The notes: a model not told the origin generated them from the sequence alone. Shown: positions 37,382 through 47,918, counted from the first letter of the stretch. The stretch: DNA of 64,000 nucleotides from Candidatus Eremiobacteria bacterium (GCA_963758295.1 CAVWUU010000004.1:1088001-1152000); one strand, 5' to 3'. Numbers and translations: made by a program.

Positions 37382-38275
37382 ATGAAATCATACGATGCCG
37401 TCATTGCCGGCGGAGGCGCTGCGGGATTGAGCGCCGCGTTGGTTTTGGGGCGCGCGCGCAGACGCGTGCTTGTAGTTGACGGCGGTGCACCAAGAAACCG
37501 CACGGCGAGGGAGTTGCACGGGTACTTGTCGTGCGATGGAATGTCGCCCGACGCGTTGCTCACGAGCGCCCGCGAGCAACTGCAGATTTACGGCGTCGAA
37601 TTTCACCACGGCGTCGTTCACGAGATACGCGCAAACGGATCCGCCTTTGCCGTGACTGCCGGCGGCACGGAGGAGTTCATCGCGCGCAGCGTCATTTTGG
37701 CGACGGGCGTATACGACGTGCTCCCAGAGGTCGAAGGTCTGAACGAGGCGTGGGGCAAGAGCGTTTTTACGTGTCCGTACTGCGACGGATGGGAAGTGCG
37801 CGATCGCAAGCTCGCCGCGTGGGGAACCACTCGCAGCGGCGTCGAGCTGGCACGAGAACTCTATCAATGGAGCAAGAACCTTCTCGTGTGCAGTGATCTT
37901 CGCACCCCCCTGAGCGATGACGAGCGCTCCTGGATGAACGAGTGCACGGTGCGGGTCAAAGAGTCGCCGATCCGCCGCTTGGTAAGCCGTGATGGCGTAC
38001 TATCGCATATAGAGTTCGAAGACGGGGAAACAATCGAACGCGATGCGCTGTTCTTGTGTGTGCCCCTTGCTCAGAATTCCGATCTTGCGGAGAAGCTTGG
38101 TTGTAATATGACGATTCAGGGGCGCATCGACGTAGACAACGAGTACCGGACGAGCGTTCCGAAATGCTATGCCGCCGGCGACGCGGTGACGCACTTACAT
38201 CAAATCGTTTTTGCCGCCGCGAGCGGTGCTCGCGCAGCAATTTCGCTGAACGAAGACCTAATGGGAGAGAGGTAA
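37382..38275 (+). CDS. Thioredoxin-reductase-like NAD(P)/FAD oxidoreductase
   Basis: GGGAAG, ATG, CPYCDGWE and YAAGD motifs. Confidence 0.9.
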   Translation: MKSYDAVIAGGGAAGLSAALVLGRARRRVLVVDGGAPRNRTARELHGYLSCDGMSPDALLTSAREQLQIYGVEFHHGVVHEIRANGSAFAVTAGGTEEFIARSVILATGVYDVLPEVEGLNEAWGKSVFTCPYCDGWEVRDRKLAAWGTTRSGVELARELYQWSKNLLVCSDLRTPLSDDERSWMNECTVRVKESPIRRLVSRDGVLSHIEFEDGETIERDALFLCVPLAQNSDLAEKLGCNMTIQGRIDVDNEYRTSVPKCYAAGDAVTHLHQIVFAAASGARAAISLNEDLMGER

Positions 38276-38280
38276 CTTTT

Positions 38281-38637
38281 ATGGCCAATGCGACTGCGGC
38301 CCTCGATCTGAACAAGACGCCTCCGCGCAGCGGACGAGAAATGGTGGGCCGCTACGCCTGGCTCGGACGTCTTGCCGACAAAGCACGGGCCGAATTCGCC
38401 GGCACGGGCGGTGATTACGTAGCGTACTGCCCGCTTTCCATGGGATTTTTAGAGCGGGCGGGCGTTTCGCAAAACGTGTTCGAGCAAATGATCGAGCAAA
38501 ACGCGACGGACGAACAGTTCGTATCGTATTTCGACAAACACGTTTCCGATACGAACCGTGAAGCTGCAAATCGCTACGTGCTCGACGAGTCGCGCTCGCA
38601 TTTGGACGAGCAAGACGCCGAAGAAGGCCGCGCTTAG
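38281..38637 (+). CDS. DUF5069-like protein
   Basis: DLNKTPPRS..LGRLADKARA..GDY..CPL pattern; GAGG RBS. Confidence 0.7.
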   Translation: MANATAALDLNKTPPRSGREMVGRYAWLGRLADKARAEFAGTGGDYVAYCPLSMGFLERAGVSQNVFEQMIEQNATDEQFVSYFDKHVSDTNREAANRYVLDESRSHLDEQDAEEGRA

Positions 38638-39452
38638 CCGCCGACGCCCACGGGCGCATGACCGAAGAACGGCGGAATGAAGTGTCCGGCTAGATACGAT
38701 AGCGCGAAAACGACGCAGCCGAAGAGCACGATTTCAAAACCCTTGCCGACCGGGCTGCGATGACTGAGCGTACCCGCGTAGTAGCCGACGCTGAAGAGTC
38801 CGATGACCGCCAAAATCAAGGCCATCACGGTCGACACACCCATGGAAAGCGGCAAGAGAAAAGCGACGATCGGAATCAGCGATCCGCCCGCAAACGACAG
38901 ACCCATCGCGATCGGGCCGCGCAATCCGGTTTCCTCGGCGTCGCGCGGGTCGATGCCGAATTCGTCGCGTACCATTTCGTAGAGGTAGATGTCCGGGTGT
39001 TGCGTGAGGCGTGAAACAATCATCTGTGCCTCTTCCGCGCTGAAGCCTTTGAGCTTGTAGTAAGCCACTTGCTCGGCGAACTCGCCTTGCGGGTCGGTGG
39101 CCATCTCTTGCTTTTCTTTGCTAATTGCCGCCTGAACGACCTCACGCTCGGATTTGCCGCCGAGATACTCGCCGACACCCATCGAGAGGGCGCCGGCCAA
39201 CAGCGCCAGGAACCCGCTGATAAAGACGGCGGAGCGCGCGCCTTCGGCGACGCCGACGCCGGTGATGATGCCGAGGGTCGTGAGAATGCCGTCTTGCACG
39301 CCGAACACGACTTCGCGAACGCTGCGCTGCTTCTCTAAATTGCGCCGCTCGATGGTGTCCGGAATGCGCGGCTTGACGCGCTCCCAGCCGGGCACGTCGA
39401 CGACGACGTCGCGAATGGGCGGCGTAAGATTGTCGTTCACGGACTCGTCCAT
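38634..39452 (-). CDS. VIT1/CCC1 family Fe/Mn transporter
   Basis: VFGVQDG and GALSMGVGEYL motifs. Confidence 0.9.
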   Translation of the reverse strand: MDESVNDNLTPPIRDVVVDVPGWERVKPRIPDTIERRNLEKQRSVREVVFGVQDGILTTLGIITGVGVAEGARSAVFISGFLALLAGALSMGVGEYLGGKSEREVVQAAISKEKQEMATDPQGEFAEQVAYYKLKGFSAEEAQMIVSRLTQHPDIYLYEMVRDEFGIDPRDAEETGLRGPIAMGLSFAGGSLIPIVAFLLPLSMGVSTVMALILAVIGLFSVGYYAGTLSHRSPVGKGFEIVLFGCVVFALSYLAGHFIPPFFGHAPVGVGG

Positions 39453-39511
39453 GGTCGCGCAATTCCGCAGTGCCCATCCCCACTCCGGCTGCGCTGCCTA
39501 TTTAGGCGTGC

Positions 39512-41372
39512 CTAGATCGGGATGCGCACGCCGAAACGCATCACGCGTTCCGTCGGAAGCCCAAGCCGGTCGGTGCGCGACCTCGCATTGCGCGAGAGCA
39601 GGACGAAGAGCGAGCGCTGCCACGCGGGAAGCCCGTTCGACGAGGTGTCCGCGACGATACTCGGTGACGGCAGATAATACGTCACGGTTTCCGGTTCGAC
39701 GCTTGGGATTTCTTTGTGCAGCGCTTGCACGATGTCGTCGATGCACGATTCTTCCATAAAGCCGTACACGGCACGCACGCGTACGAGCTGAGCCGAGAGG
39801 GGTTCGATCTCTATTCTGTCGGCATTCGGAACGTAGGGGCGGCTGACGTTCTTGATCGTCAATAGGACGACGGTGCGCAAAGGCATATGTTCGGTGGTCC
39901 ACCAATTGCGGAGCGTTTCCGGAATGCCGCGACCGTCCTCGGTGAAGAGCACCGCAGTTCCCTCCGATTGGCCCGGCCGAACGAGATGCGCAAATTCCGT
40001 TAGCGGCAAGCTGTGATCGCGCAAGAAGGCCATCAACCGGCGGCGTCCGCGGTTCCACGTAACGAACAGCGTGAAGAGCACGAGCGCAATTGCGAGCGGC
40101 AGCCATCCGCCGCTCAAGACTTTCGAAAAATTCCCGACTAGGAAGGGCAGGTCGAACGACGCGAAAAGCGCCGTCAGTAAAACCGTCTCCCATAGCGGGT
40201 CGTGCCGCTTTCGCGAAAGGGCCGCGTAGGCGATGGTCGTGCAGGCCATCGTTACCGAGACGGCAAGACCATACGCACCGGCGAGCGCCGCAGACGACCG
40301 GAATGCAAGAACGATGGCGATGCAGCCGATGCCGAGCGCAAGGTTCACGCTCGGAATAAAGATTTGTCCGCCCTCGCGCCGCGAGGTGTGGATCGTGCGG
40401 AATCGCGGCACGAAACCGAGCTGTGTCTGCTTGATGCGTGAGCGAGAAGACGCCGGAGATCAGGGCCTGTGAGGCGATCACGGTTGCGACGGTCGAAAGA
40501 ACTACCATTGGAACGATCAGCTGCTGCGGATAGAGCGCAAAAAAGGCGTTTTGCAGCGAGCGCGGCGATTCGAGCGCGTTGGCGCCTTGGCCAAAGTAGT
40601 TCAACAGCAGCGATGGAAACACAATCGCATACCACGCCAAGGTGATTGGCCGCCGGCCGAAATGCGCGAGATCGGCATAGAGCGCTTCCGCCCCGGTGAC
40701 GCACAAAACAACCGCCGCAAAAATCACAACCGACGAAAGACCGTTGTGCAGGAAGAATTCCACGGCGAAGTACGGGCTAAGCGCGCGAATGACGCCCGGA
40801 TGTCGAAACACCGCTGCCGCGCCGGCTACGGCAATCGCTGCGAACCATACCACCATCACGGGGCCAAACAGTTTGCCGATTTTGCCCGTGCCACGGCTCT
40901 GTAATGCAAACAATAGGATCAGAACCGCGACCGCAAGCGGAACGACGAAGCGGTGTGCCTCACTCGTCCACACTTCGAGTCCTTCGATCGCCGATACAAC
41001 CGAAATGGCCGGCGTAATAGCGCCGTCACCGTAAAGCGCTGCGCCTCCGAAGAGGGCGATCATCGTAATTCCCGTGAGCGCGACGCTGCCGCCCGGACGG
41101 CTCGCCGCGACTTTAGCCAGCAGCGCGAGAATGCCACCTTCGCCGTCGTAATCGGCTCGTAACATAACGGTTACGTACTTGATGCAAACGACCACGATCA
41201 GCGCCCACGTGATAAGCGATAAAATACCAAGCACGTTGCGCGTATTCGGTAAGAACGAATGCGAAAAACATTGCGAGAAGGCGTAGAGCGGGCTCGTTCC
41301 GATATCGCCAAAGACAACGCCCAGCGCACCGAGCGCCAATGCGGCCATGCGACGATTGCTTTGGAGCGCCAT
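39512..41372 (-). CDS. kup: Potassium transporter Kup, broken by a +1 indel at about 40426
   Basis: GVVFGDIGTSPLY, GAEALYADL and IASQA in one frame; QLGFVPR..GQIFIP..AYG in the next; span 1861 = 620 codons + 1. Confidence 0.92.
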
Positions 41373-41461
41373 GCAAACGTCGCTTACCCAGAAGAGCGGC
41401 TCGTACCACCCGGGACAGGACCCGGGTCCGCGTTTAAGAAAACTCGCGTTCGTCCGTCCCG

Positions 41462-41549
41462 GGATGGGTGGCAGAGCGGTTTAATGCAGAAGTCTTGAAA
41501 ACTTCCGAACGTGATGAGCGTTCCGTCGGTTCGAATCCGACCCCATCCT
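41462..41549 (+). tRNA. tRNA-Ser (anticodon UGA), CCA not encoded
   Basis: Acceptor GGATGGG/CCCATCC, anticodon arm GAAGT-CTTGAAA-ACTTC, long variable arm, T arm GTCGG-TTCGAAT-CCGAC. Confidence 0.95.
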
Positions 41550-41569
41550 TATTTTCCGCCGGAGGGCCG

Positions 41570-41728
41570 ATGAGCGAGCGCGACATTCCTCACGAGATCA
41601 ATCGAGAACTCTTTCTCGATCCAGCGGTCGACGTAGATGACAGCGAGGCGTACGAAACGCTCAAAGAGTTCCACGAGAAAGAACTTTCGCGTGACGAGGA
41701 CGAGAAAAAGAGCTCGGGACCGCGTTGA
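41570..41728 (+). CDS. Small acidic protein (52 aa)
   Basis: GGAGG RBS, ATG at 41570; its stop overlaps the next start (TTGA). Confidence 0.6.
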   Translation: MSERDIPHEINRELFLDPAVDVDDSEAYETLKEFHEKELSRDEDEKKSSGPR

Positions 41729-43107
41729 AACGGCCGCATTTTGTTCGCCTGGCAGCCGCGGCAGCAGCCGTTCCATTTTTAGGCGCGAGCGGACCGGCGG
41801 ACCCCAAGACTGTTGCGAAAGCCGTTCGCGAAGAGTTCTTCCACGCGTGGACCGGCTACAAGCGCTTCGCGTGGGGACTCGATGAAGTCCATCCGATCGC
41901 CGGTACCGGTTCCAACTTCTTCATTTCTACGCACCCCTTCGGACTCTCGATGATCGAAGCGCTCGATACGCTTTACGTAATGGAGTTCGACGACGAAGTG
42001 GACGCCTGCGTGAAGTGGTTGAAGTCGCATCTCGACTTCAACGTTGACGGCAACGTGCAAATGTTCGAAGCCGTAATTCGCATGGTGGGCGGTTTACTCG
42101 CCGGGTACTATGCGACCAACGACCGCTTCTTCTTGGACGGCGCCAAGGATTTGGCGGACCGGCTGCTGCCGTGCTTCACAAAATCTCCAAGCGGCGCACC
42201 ATACCGGTATGCCAACTTACGCACGGGCGCCGTCAGCGATCCCAAAACGAACCTCGCGGAAATCGGCACGAACGTGCTCGAGTTCGGCGATTTGTCTCGC
42301 TTGACCGGCGATCAAAAATACCTCCGCGCTTCGATGCGAGCGTTCGAAACCGTCATCGCCAAGCGTTCGCCGCTAGGTCTGCTCGGCACGTACTTCGATG
42401 TCGAAAAAGGCGATTTCTTTGACACCGACGACACGGGGCCCGATGAGCCGTCGGATTCGTTCTACGAATACTTGTGGGGCGGTTGGCAGATGCTGCACCT
42501 CGAGCAATGCCGCGAGTGGTATGAACTCGTAACTCCGCCGCTCCTGAAGTATTGCAGCGCGCATGCGAACGGCCATTTATGGTTTCAAACCGTCAACTAT
42601 AAGACCGGTGCGCCGGCGGGCGACGGTACTCTCAGCGAACTTTCGTCCTTTTATGCTGAGCTTGTTTCGAAGAGCGGACACCGTGACGTTGGCGAGGCTT
42701 TCTATGACTCGTGGACGTCCGTGCTCGATCGTTACACACTTTTCCCGGAAACGATCGACTGGCGCACCGGGGCAATCGCCGACGCAGCATATGCGTTCCG
42801 TCCCGAATACGCGAACAGCGCCTTCGATCTCTGGTTCTTGACTCACGATGAAAAGTATCGTCGCACCGCTTCCCAATATTTCACGGCCGTCCGCGACAAT
42901 TGCCGCGTCGCCAACGGCTACACGTCGCTCAAGGATATCCGCACGCGCCCCATGACGCCGTCCGATCACTTCCCGGCGTACAGCTTCTCGGAAAACTTCA
43001 AGTATCTGTACTTGATGTTCGCCGATTCCCCACGCTTCGACGGCTCGAATTACTACCTCAACACCGAAGCCAAAATCCTCCGCGGCCTCCGCCCCCCGTC
43101 ATCCTGA
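41725..43107 (+). CDS. Glycoside hydrolase family 47 (class I alpha-1,2-mannosidase)
   Basis: HAWTGYKRFAWG.DE, IEALDTL, FEAVIR..GGLL, DSFYEYL, RPEY, ENFKYLYL and NTEA motifs; export signal. Confidence 0.9.
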   Translation: MKRPHFVRLAAAAAAVPFLGASGPADPKTVAKAVREEFFHAWTGYKRFAWGLDEVHPIAGTGSNFFISTHPFGLSMIEALDTLYVMEFDDEVDACVKWLKSHLDFNVDGNVQMFEAVIRMVGGLLAGYYATNDRFFLDGAKDLADRLLPCFTKSPSGAPYRYANLRTGAVSDPKTNLAEIGTNVLEFGDLSRLTGDQKYLRASMRAFETVIAKRSPLGLLGTYFDVEKGDFFDTDDTGPDEPSDSFYEYLWGGWQMLHLEQCREWYELVTPPLLKYCSAHANGHLWFQTVNYKTGAPAGDGTLSELSSFYAELVSKSGHRDVGEAFYDSWTSVLDRYTLFPETIDWRTGAIADAAYAFRPEYANSAFDLWFLTHDEKYRRTASQYFTAVRDNCRVANGYTSLKDIRTRPMTPSDHFPAYSFSENFKYLYLMFADSPRFDGSNYYLNTEAKILRGLRPPSS

Positions 43108-44557
43108 GCTTGTCGAAGGACGGGCGCATCAATCGTCCTGCCGCATTGACGACGCAAAGCTGGTGCTGATATGCGCCTGTCCTTCGACGAGCTCAGGATG
43201 ACGAGGTTTGCCGATAGCACGCGCTTCGGCGGCTCGCTATTTGAGCACCAACGTCCACCTCGGTCATCCTGAGCTTGTCGAAGGACGGGCGCATCAATCG
43301 TCCTGCCGCATTGACGACGCAAAGCTGGTGCTGATATGCGCCTGTCCTTCGACGGGCTCAGGATGACCGAGGTTTGCCGATAGCACGCGCTTCGACGGCT
43401 CGCTATTTGAGCACCAACGTCCACCTCGGTCATCCTGAGCTTGTCGAAGGACGGGCGCATCAATCGTCCTGCGCATTGACGACGCAAAGCTGGTGCTGAT
43501 ATGCGCCTGTCCTTCGACGGGCTCAGGATGACGAGGTTTGCCGATAGCACGCGCTTCGGCGGCTCGCTATTTGAGCACCAACGTCCACCTCGGTCATCCT
43601 GAGCTTGTCGAAGGACGGGCGCATCAATCGTCCTGCGCATTGACGACGCAAAGCTTGTGCTGATATGCGCCTGTCCTTCGACGAGCTCAGGATGACGGGG
43701 TTTGCCGATAGCACGCGCTTCGACGGCTCGCTATTTGAGCACCAACGTCCACCTCGGTCATCCTGAGCTTGTCGAAGGACGGGCGCATCAATCGTCCTGC
43801 GCATTGACGATGCAAAGCTCGTGCTGATATGCGCCTGTCCTTCGACGGGCTCAGGATGACGGGGTTTGCCGATAGCACGCGCTTCGATGGCTCGCTACTG
43901 AGCACCGACGTCCACCTCGGTCATCCTGAGCTTGTCGAAGGACAGGCGCATCAATCGTCCTGCGTGTTGACCATGCAAAGCTTGTGCTGATATACGCCTG
44001 TCCTTCGACGGGCTCAGGATGACGAGGTTTGCCGATAGCACGCGCTTCGAGGCTCGCTATTTGAGCAGCAACGTCCACCTCGGTCATCCTGAGCTTGTCG
44101 AAGGACGGGCGCATCAATCGTCCTGCGTGTTGACCATGCAAAGCTCGTGCTGATATACGCCTGTCCTTCGACGGGCTCAGGATGACCGGGGTTTGCCGAT
44201 AGCACGCGCTTCGGCGGCTCGCTATTTGAGCACCGAGTGCACCTCGGTCATCCTGAGCTTGTCGAAGGACGGGCGCATCAATCGTCCTGCGCATTGACGA
44301 CGCAAAGCTCGTGCTGACATGCGCCGGTCCTTCGACGAGCTCAGGATGACGAGGTTTGCTGATAGCACGCGCTTCGATGGCTCGCTCGTCCACCTCGTCA
44401 TGCCGACAGCACGCGCTTCGGCGGCTCGCTATTGAGCACCGAGTCCACCTCGGTCATCCTGAGCTTGTCGAAGGACGGGCGCATCAATCGTCCTGCGCGT
44501 GGACGCGGAAAAGCTTGTGCTGATATGCGCCTGTCCTTCGACGGGCTCAGGATGACG
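43098..44557. repeat. Tandem array of 9 inverted REP-like doublets (BIME-like), period about 164 bp
   Basis: GTCATCCTGAGCTTGTCGAAGGAC..GTCCTTCGAC(GA/GG)GCTCAGGATGAC units start at 43098, 43263, 43429, 43593, 43757, 43920, 44083, 44247 and 44453, with near-identical linkers. Confidence 0.95.
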
Positions 44558-44572
44558 AAGGGAGGCGCTACG

Positions 44573-45316
44573 TCAGGTGCGTTGCATGAAGTTCATGAGG
44601 GCGGAGCGGGCTTCGTCGGATTGGAGGGCGGCGGCGAAAGCGTGAGTTTCTTCACGCATGGCGCGGTCGACGAGGTCGGAGAAGCGGGCCTTCATCAAAC
44701 GTTTCGTTGTAGCGAGCGCATTTGGCGGAAGCTCGGCGAGCGCGCCGCACATCATGGCGACGCCGCCATCCACGTCGCAGTCTTCCATAACGCGCGTTGC
44801 GAGGCCCATATCGCAAGCTTCGTCGGCGCCGAACTGTTCGCCCGACAAGAGATACCAGCTTGCACGGTTGCGGCCGGCAATCAGCGGAAACAACACGCTT
44901 GATCCGGCTTCGGGAACGAGGCCCAACTTCACGAACGGCAGCATAAAACGAGCGCTTTTACCGCATGCCACTGCGTCGCAATGCATGAGCATGGTCGTGC
45001 CTATCCCTATTGCTACGCCTTTGACGCCGGCAAGTACGGGTTTGGGAAACTCACTCAGAGCGCGCAAGAACTGCAACACCGGCATATCTTCGCTAAAGCC
45101 GCCGGCCGCCACGAAGTCGGCAATGTCGTTGCCGGCGGTGAAGTCGTTTCCGCCGAAGATTCCAATCGCGCGAACGTGAGGATCTTGAGCCGCATCGCGC
45201 AATGCTTCTGCCATCGCGGAATACATCGCTACCGTGATTGCGTTCTTCTTCTGGGGGCGGTTCATGCGCAGCGACGCGATTGCGCCGTCTTTAGTGTAGA
45301 GAATTTCGTCGGACAT
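44573..45316 (-). CDS. Enoyl-CoA hydratase/isomerase family protein
   Basis: NRPQKKNA, FTAGND, GVAIGIG and GLVPEAG motifs. Confidence 0.92.
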   Translation of the reverse strand: MSDEILYTKDGAIASLRMNRPQKKNAITVAMYSAMAEALRDAAQDPHVRAIGIFGGNDFTAGNDIADFVAAGGFSEDMPVLQFLRALSEFPKPVLAGVKGVAIGIGTTMLMHCDAVACGKSARFMLPFVKLGLVPEAGSSVLFPLIAGRNRASWYLLSGEQFGADEACDMGLATRVMEDCDVDGGVAMMCGALAELPPNALATTKRLMKARFSDLVDRAMREETHAFAAALQSDEARSALMNFMQRT

Positions 45317-45330
45317 CTAGCGGCTCGATT

Positions 45331-46200
45331 CTAGTACGGCATCTTGTGCAGCGGCGTCGTCGTTTTGGCGATCGCTTCATCGGGAACGAAGAAATCCGGC
45401 ATCAGCGGGGTGTCCGGGACGATGGCGTATTTCGAGAAATCGGTGACGCCGGCGCTTCGCAGAACCTCCTCGTCGATAAAGAAGTTCCCGGTGCACTCGG
45501 TGGACGGCCGTTTGAGAATTTCGACCGCGGCATCCGCGACGATCTGGGGCGTACGCGAGACCTTCGCCATTGCGTCGCCGCCCAACACGTTACGAACCGC
45601 CGCCGTATCGATGGTCGTGAGCGGCCACAAGGAGTTCACGGCGATGCGCTGCGCCTTAAGTTCTTCCGACATACCCAAAGTACACATCGACATTCCGAAT
45701 TTCGCCATCGTGTACGCAACGTGATTGGCGAACCACCGCGCGATCATATCCAGCGGGGGCGCGAGATTGAGAATGTGGGGGTTTTCCGCCTTGGCGAGAT
45801 ACGGAATCGTCGCCTTAGAGCAGACGAACGTTCCGCGCGCGTTTACCTGATTCATCAAGTCGTACCGCTTCATGTCCGTGTCGACGGTAGGCGTAAGAGA
45901 AATGGCGCTCGCATTATTGATGCATGCATCGATTCCGCCGAATCGCTCAACCGTTTGCCGCACCGCCCCTACGACTTGTTCTTCGAAACGAATGTCGCAC
46001 ACCACGGGCAACGCGCGGCCACCCGCCGCTTCTATTTCCTCGGCCGCGGAATAGATCGTTCCGGGCAACTTTGGGTGAGGCTCCGTCGTTTTTGCAACGA
46101 TCGCGACGTTAGCGCCTTCGCGCGCTGCGCGTAAAGCAATCGCCAAGCCGATCCCGCGGCTCGCGCCGCTGATGAAGAGCGTCTTACCTTGAAGCGACAT
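45331..46200 (-). CDS. Short-chain dehydrogenase (HSDL2/AtuG-like)
   Basis: GASRGIG, HPKLPGTI, NNAS and YTMAK motifs. Confidence 0.92.
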   Translation of the reverse strand: MSLQGKTLFISGASRGIGLAIALRAAREGANVAIVAKTTEPHPKLPGTIYSAAEEIEAAGGRALPVVCDIRFEEQVVGAVRQTVERFGGIDACINNASAISLTPTVDTDMKRYDLMNQVNARGTFVCSKATIPYLAKAENPHILNLAPPLDMIARWFANHVAYTMAKFGMSMCTLGMSEELKAQRIAVNSLWPLTTIDTAAVRNVLGGDAMAKVSRTPQIVADAAVEILKRPSTECTGNFFIDEEVLRSAGVTDFSKYAIVPDTPLMPDFFVPDEAIAKTTTPLHKMPY

Positions 46201-46662
46201 CTACTCGGTTGCCTCCGGCGACGCAGAGCCTTCGCTGCTCGTTTCATGCATGATCACGATGTCGGTACGGCCCGGTTTGCCCGATATGGTCACCGTCGTT
46301 CTTTCTGTTGCTGAGACGTCGCCGAGTTCGAACGCGGCGACGGGTGCGGTTCCGGTCAAGACCTTCGCTGCTTGGGAACTGGCCGGCAGATGAGTTTTAT
46401 AGTATGCGTAGACCGCAGCGAAGGGATCGCTCGTCATGAAAGCCGCCATCGTCCCGTGCGGCGTCGTTGCGATGGACCCGTTAGCCTTTGCTGACGGATA
46501 GACGGGCGCACCGAGCGAGATTTCAGGCGTCTCGGGCGCAGCAAGGGTCGGCTGCGCGGCAACGCTCGTCGAAGCTGAACCGGACTCGGCGTTCTTGTGC
46601 GCGCCGCATGCGGCGGCTGACAGCGCGAGCGCCGTGAAAGCTGCGATCCGAAAGAAGTACAT
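46201..46662 (-). CDS. Putative lipoprotein
   Basis: Lipobox-like AAAC, PVYP, VYAYYK; GGAGG RBS. Confidence 0.7.
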   Translation of the reverse strand: MYFFRIAAFTALALSAAACGAHKNAESGSASTSVAAQPTLAAPETPEISLGAPVYPSAKANGSIATTPHGTMAAFMTSDPFAAVYAYYKTHLPASSQAAKVLTGTAPVAAFELGDVSATERTTVTISGKPGRTDIVIMHETSSEGSASPEATE

Positions 46663-46705
46663 CGCCGCCCTCCATCGTAGATTCGGAAGGGTTGCTTGCT
46701 ACTAT

Positions 46706-47176
46706 ATGAACGACGAGTCCTTTGCAGCAGCGACGCCGGTCGGCGCGCTCTGGATCACCGCAAACGGCGACGCCATCGTCGCTGCCGATTTTCGCCTCGC
46801 AGTGCGGCCGTCGACCAAGGCGCCGCACCACCCGGTGCTTCGCGAAGCGCACGAGCAACTGCGAGCATATGCGCGCAAGCGGCTGCGCCGATTTGACTTA
46901 CCGCTCGCTTTTGCCGGAACGCCGTTTCAAGTCGCAATTTGGCGCGCCGTCTCCGAACTTGAAATCGGCGAACTGGTTTCGTACGCGGACGTCGCACGTG
47001 CGGTCGGCGCTCCGCGCGCGCATCGCGGCGTCGCGATGGCCATGGGAAAAACGCCGATCGATCTTTTCGTTCCGGCGCACCGCGTCATCGGCGCCGATGG
47101 AAAAATCAAAGGCGCCGGCCCCAATTCTTTGCGACGGCGCCTATTGAGATTCGAAGGGATCGTTATCGGCGGATAA
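46706..47176 (+). CDS. Ogt-like alkyltransferase-like protein (active-site Cys replaced by Ala)
   Basis: TPVG, GTPFQ..W and SYADVA motifs; PAHRVIG instead of PCHRV. Confidence 0.88.
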   Translation: MNDESFAAATPVGALWITANGDAIVAADFRLAVRPSTKAPHHPVLREAHEQLRAYARKRLRRFDLPLAFAGTPFQVAIWRAVSELEIGELVSYADVARAVGAPRAHRGVAMAMGKTPIDLFVPAHRVIGADGKIKGAGPNSLRRRLLRFEGIVIGG

Positions 47177-47918
47177 GGTGCCGCCACTCGAGCATGAGCC
47201 CGACACCCACGTTACGATCGGCAGCGTCGCCCGCTTGAACGAACTTCGCACTGAAGTTTAGCGTTCGAAGGCCGACAAGCCATTCGCTGGCGTTGCGATC
47301 CCAGCCATAGGCAACCGACGCATCGATTTCCGACGCGCGCTCTTCCTTATTCACGGCCGGCGTTACGCCGTCGCTGTATTCATACCGGTCGGATCCGGTG
47401 AGTGAAGGCGCGACGCCCGCGAGTCCTTCGATGAAGCGTGAGGTGCCGAGCGGAGTGCGATATCGCACCGTATATCGCGCGCCGGCGAGTCGCGACGATA
47501 CTTGCTGGTCGAGATTGGGGAGCGGCGTTCGTTGATTGTAAATCGTCGTGCCCATACCGAGCCACAACCGCGCATCGGCCATCGGCGCAAACTCCACTTG
47601 CCCGTTGAAGATGCCGAGTTTCGGCGTTGCCTGCCCATAATGCGCCGACGGCCGCGTTGGAACGCTTACAACCGGAATGCCTTCGAGGTGCAGCGCGAAA
47701 CGCGGCGATCCGACGTGGATCTGCGCGAGCGGGCCGGCGCCGACGCCGTACTGGCTTCCGGCAATGTCGCGATGGACGCCGACGATCGACAATAGCTGCA
47801 CGCCCGCGTAGGAACGAGGCACGAGCGAAGCCGGGGCGGCTTCATCGGCGTGCGCAAAGATGGGGAATGCGGTCATCGCGAGTGCGACGAGCGCAATAAG
47901 GCTACTCTTTCGTTGCAT
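47163..47918 (-). CDS. Secreted, probable outer-membrane beta-strand-rich protein
   Basis: Signal peptide ending AHA, alternating beta-strand pattern; start MQRKSS at 47918. Confidence 0.6.
   Translation of the reverse strand: MQRKSSLIALVALAMTAFPIFAHADEAAPASLVPRSYAGVQLLSIVGVHRDIAGSQYGVGAGPLAQIHVGSPRFALHLEGIPVVSVPTRPSAHYGQATPKLGIFNGQVEFAPMADARLWLGMGTTIYNQRTPLPNLDQQVSSRLAGARYTVRYRTPLGTSRFIEGLAGVAPSLTGSDRYEYSDGVTPAVNKEERASEIDASVAYGWDRNASEWLVGLRTLNFSAKFVQAGDAADRNVGVGLMLEWRHLIRR

Noticed and set aside
41462..41549. tRNA-Sec or a prophage integration site
   Set aside because: The anticodon is TGA (Ser), not TCA; no integrase or duplicated tRNA 3' end was seen.
43053..44560. CRISPR array or repeat-protein ORFs (43053-43640, 43851-44393 etc.)
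   Set aside because: Inter-repeat sequences are near-identical and unit lengths vary (163-166 bp), so no reading frame is maintained; the ORFs are by-products of the DNA repeat.
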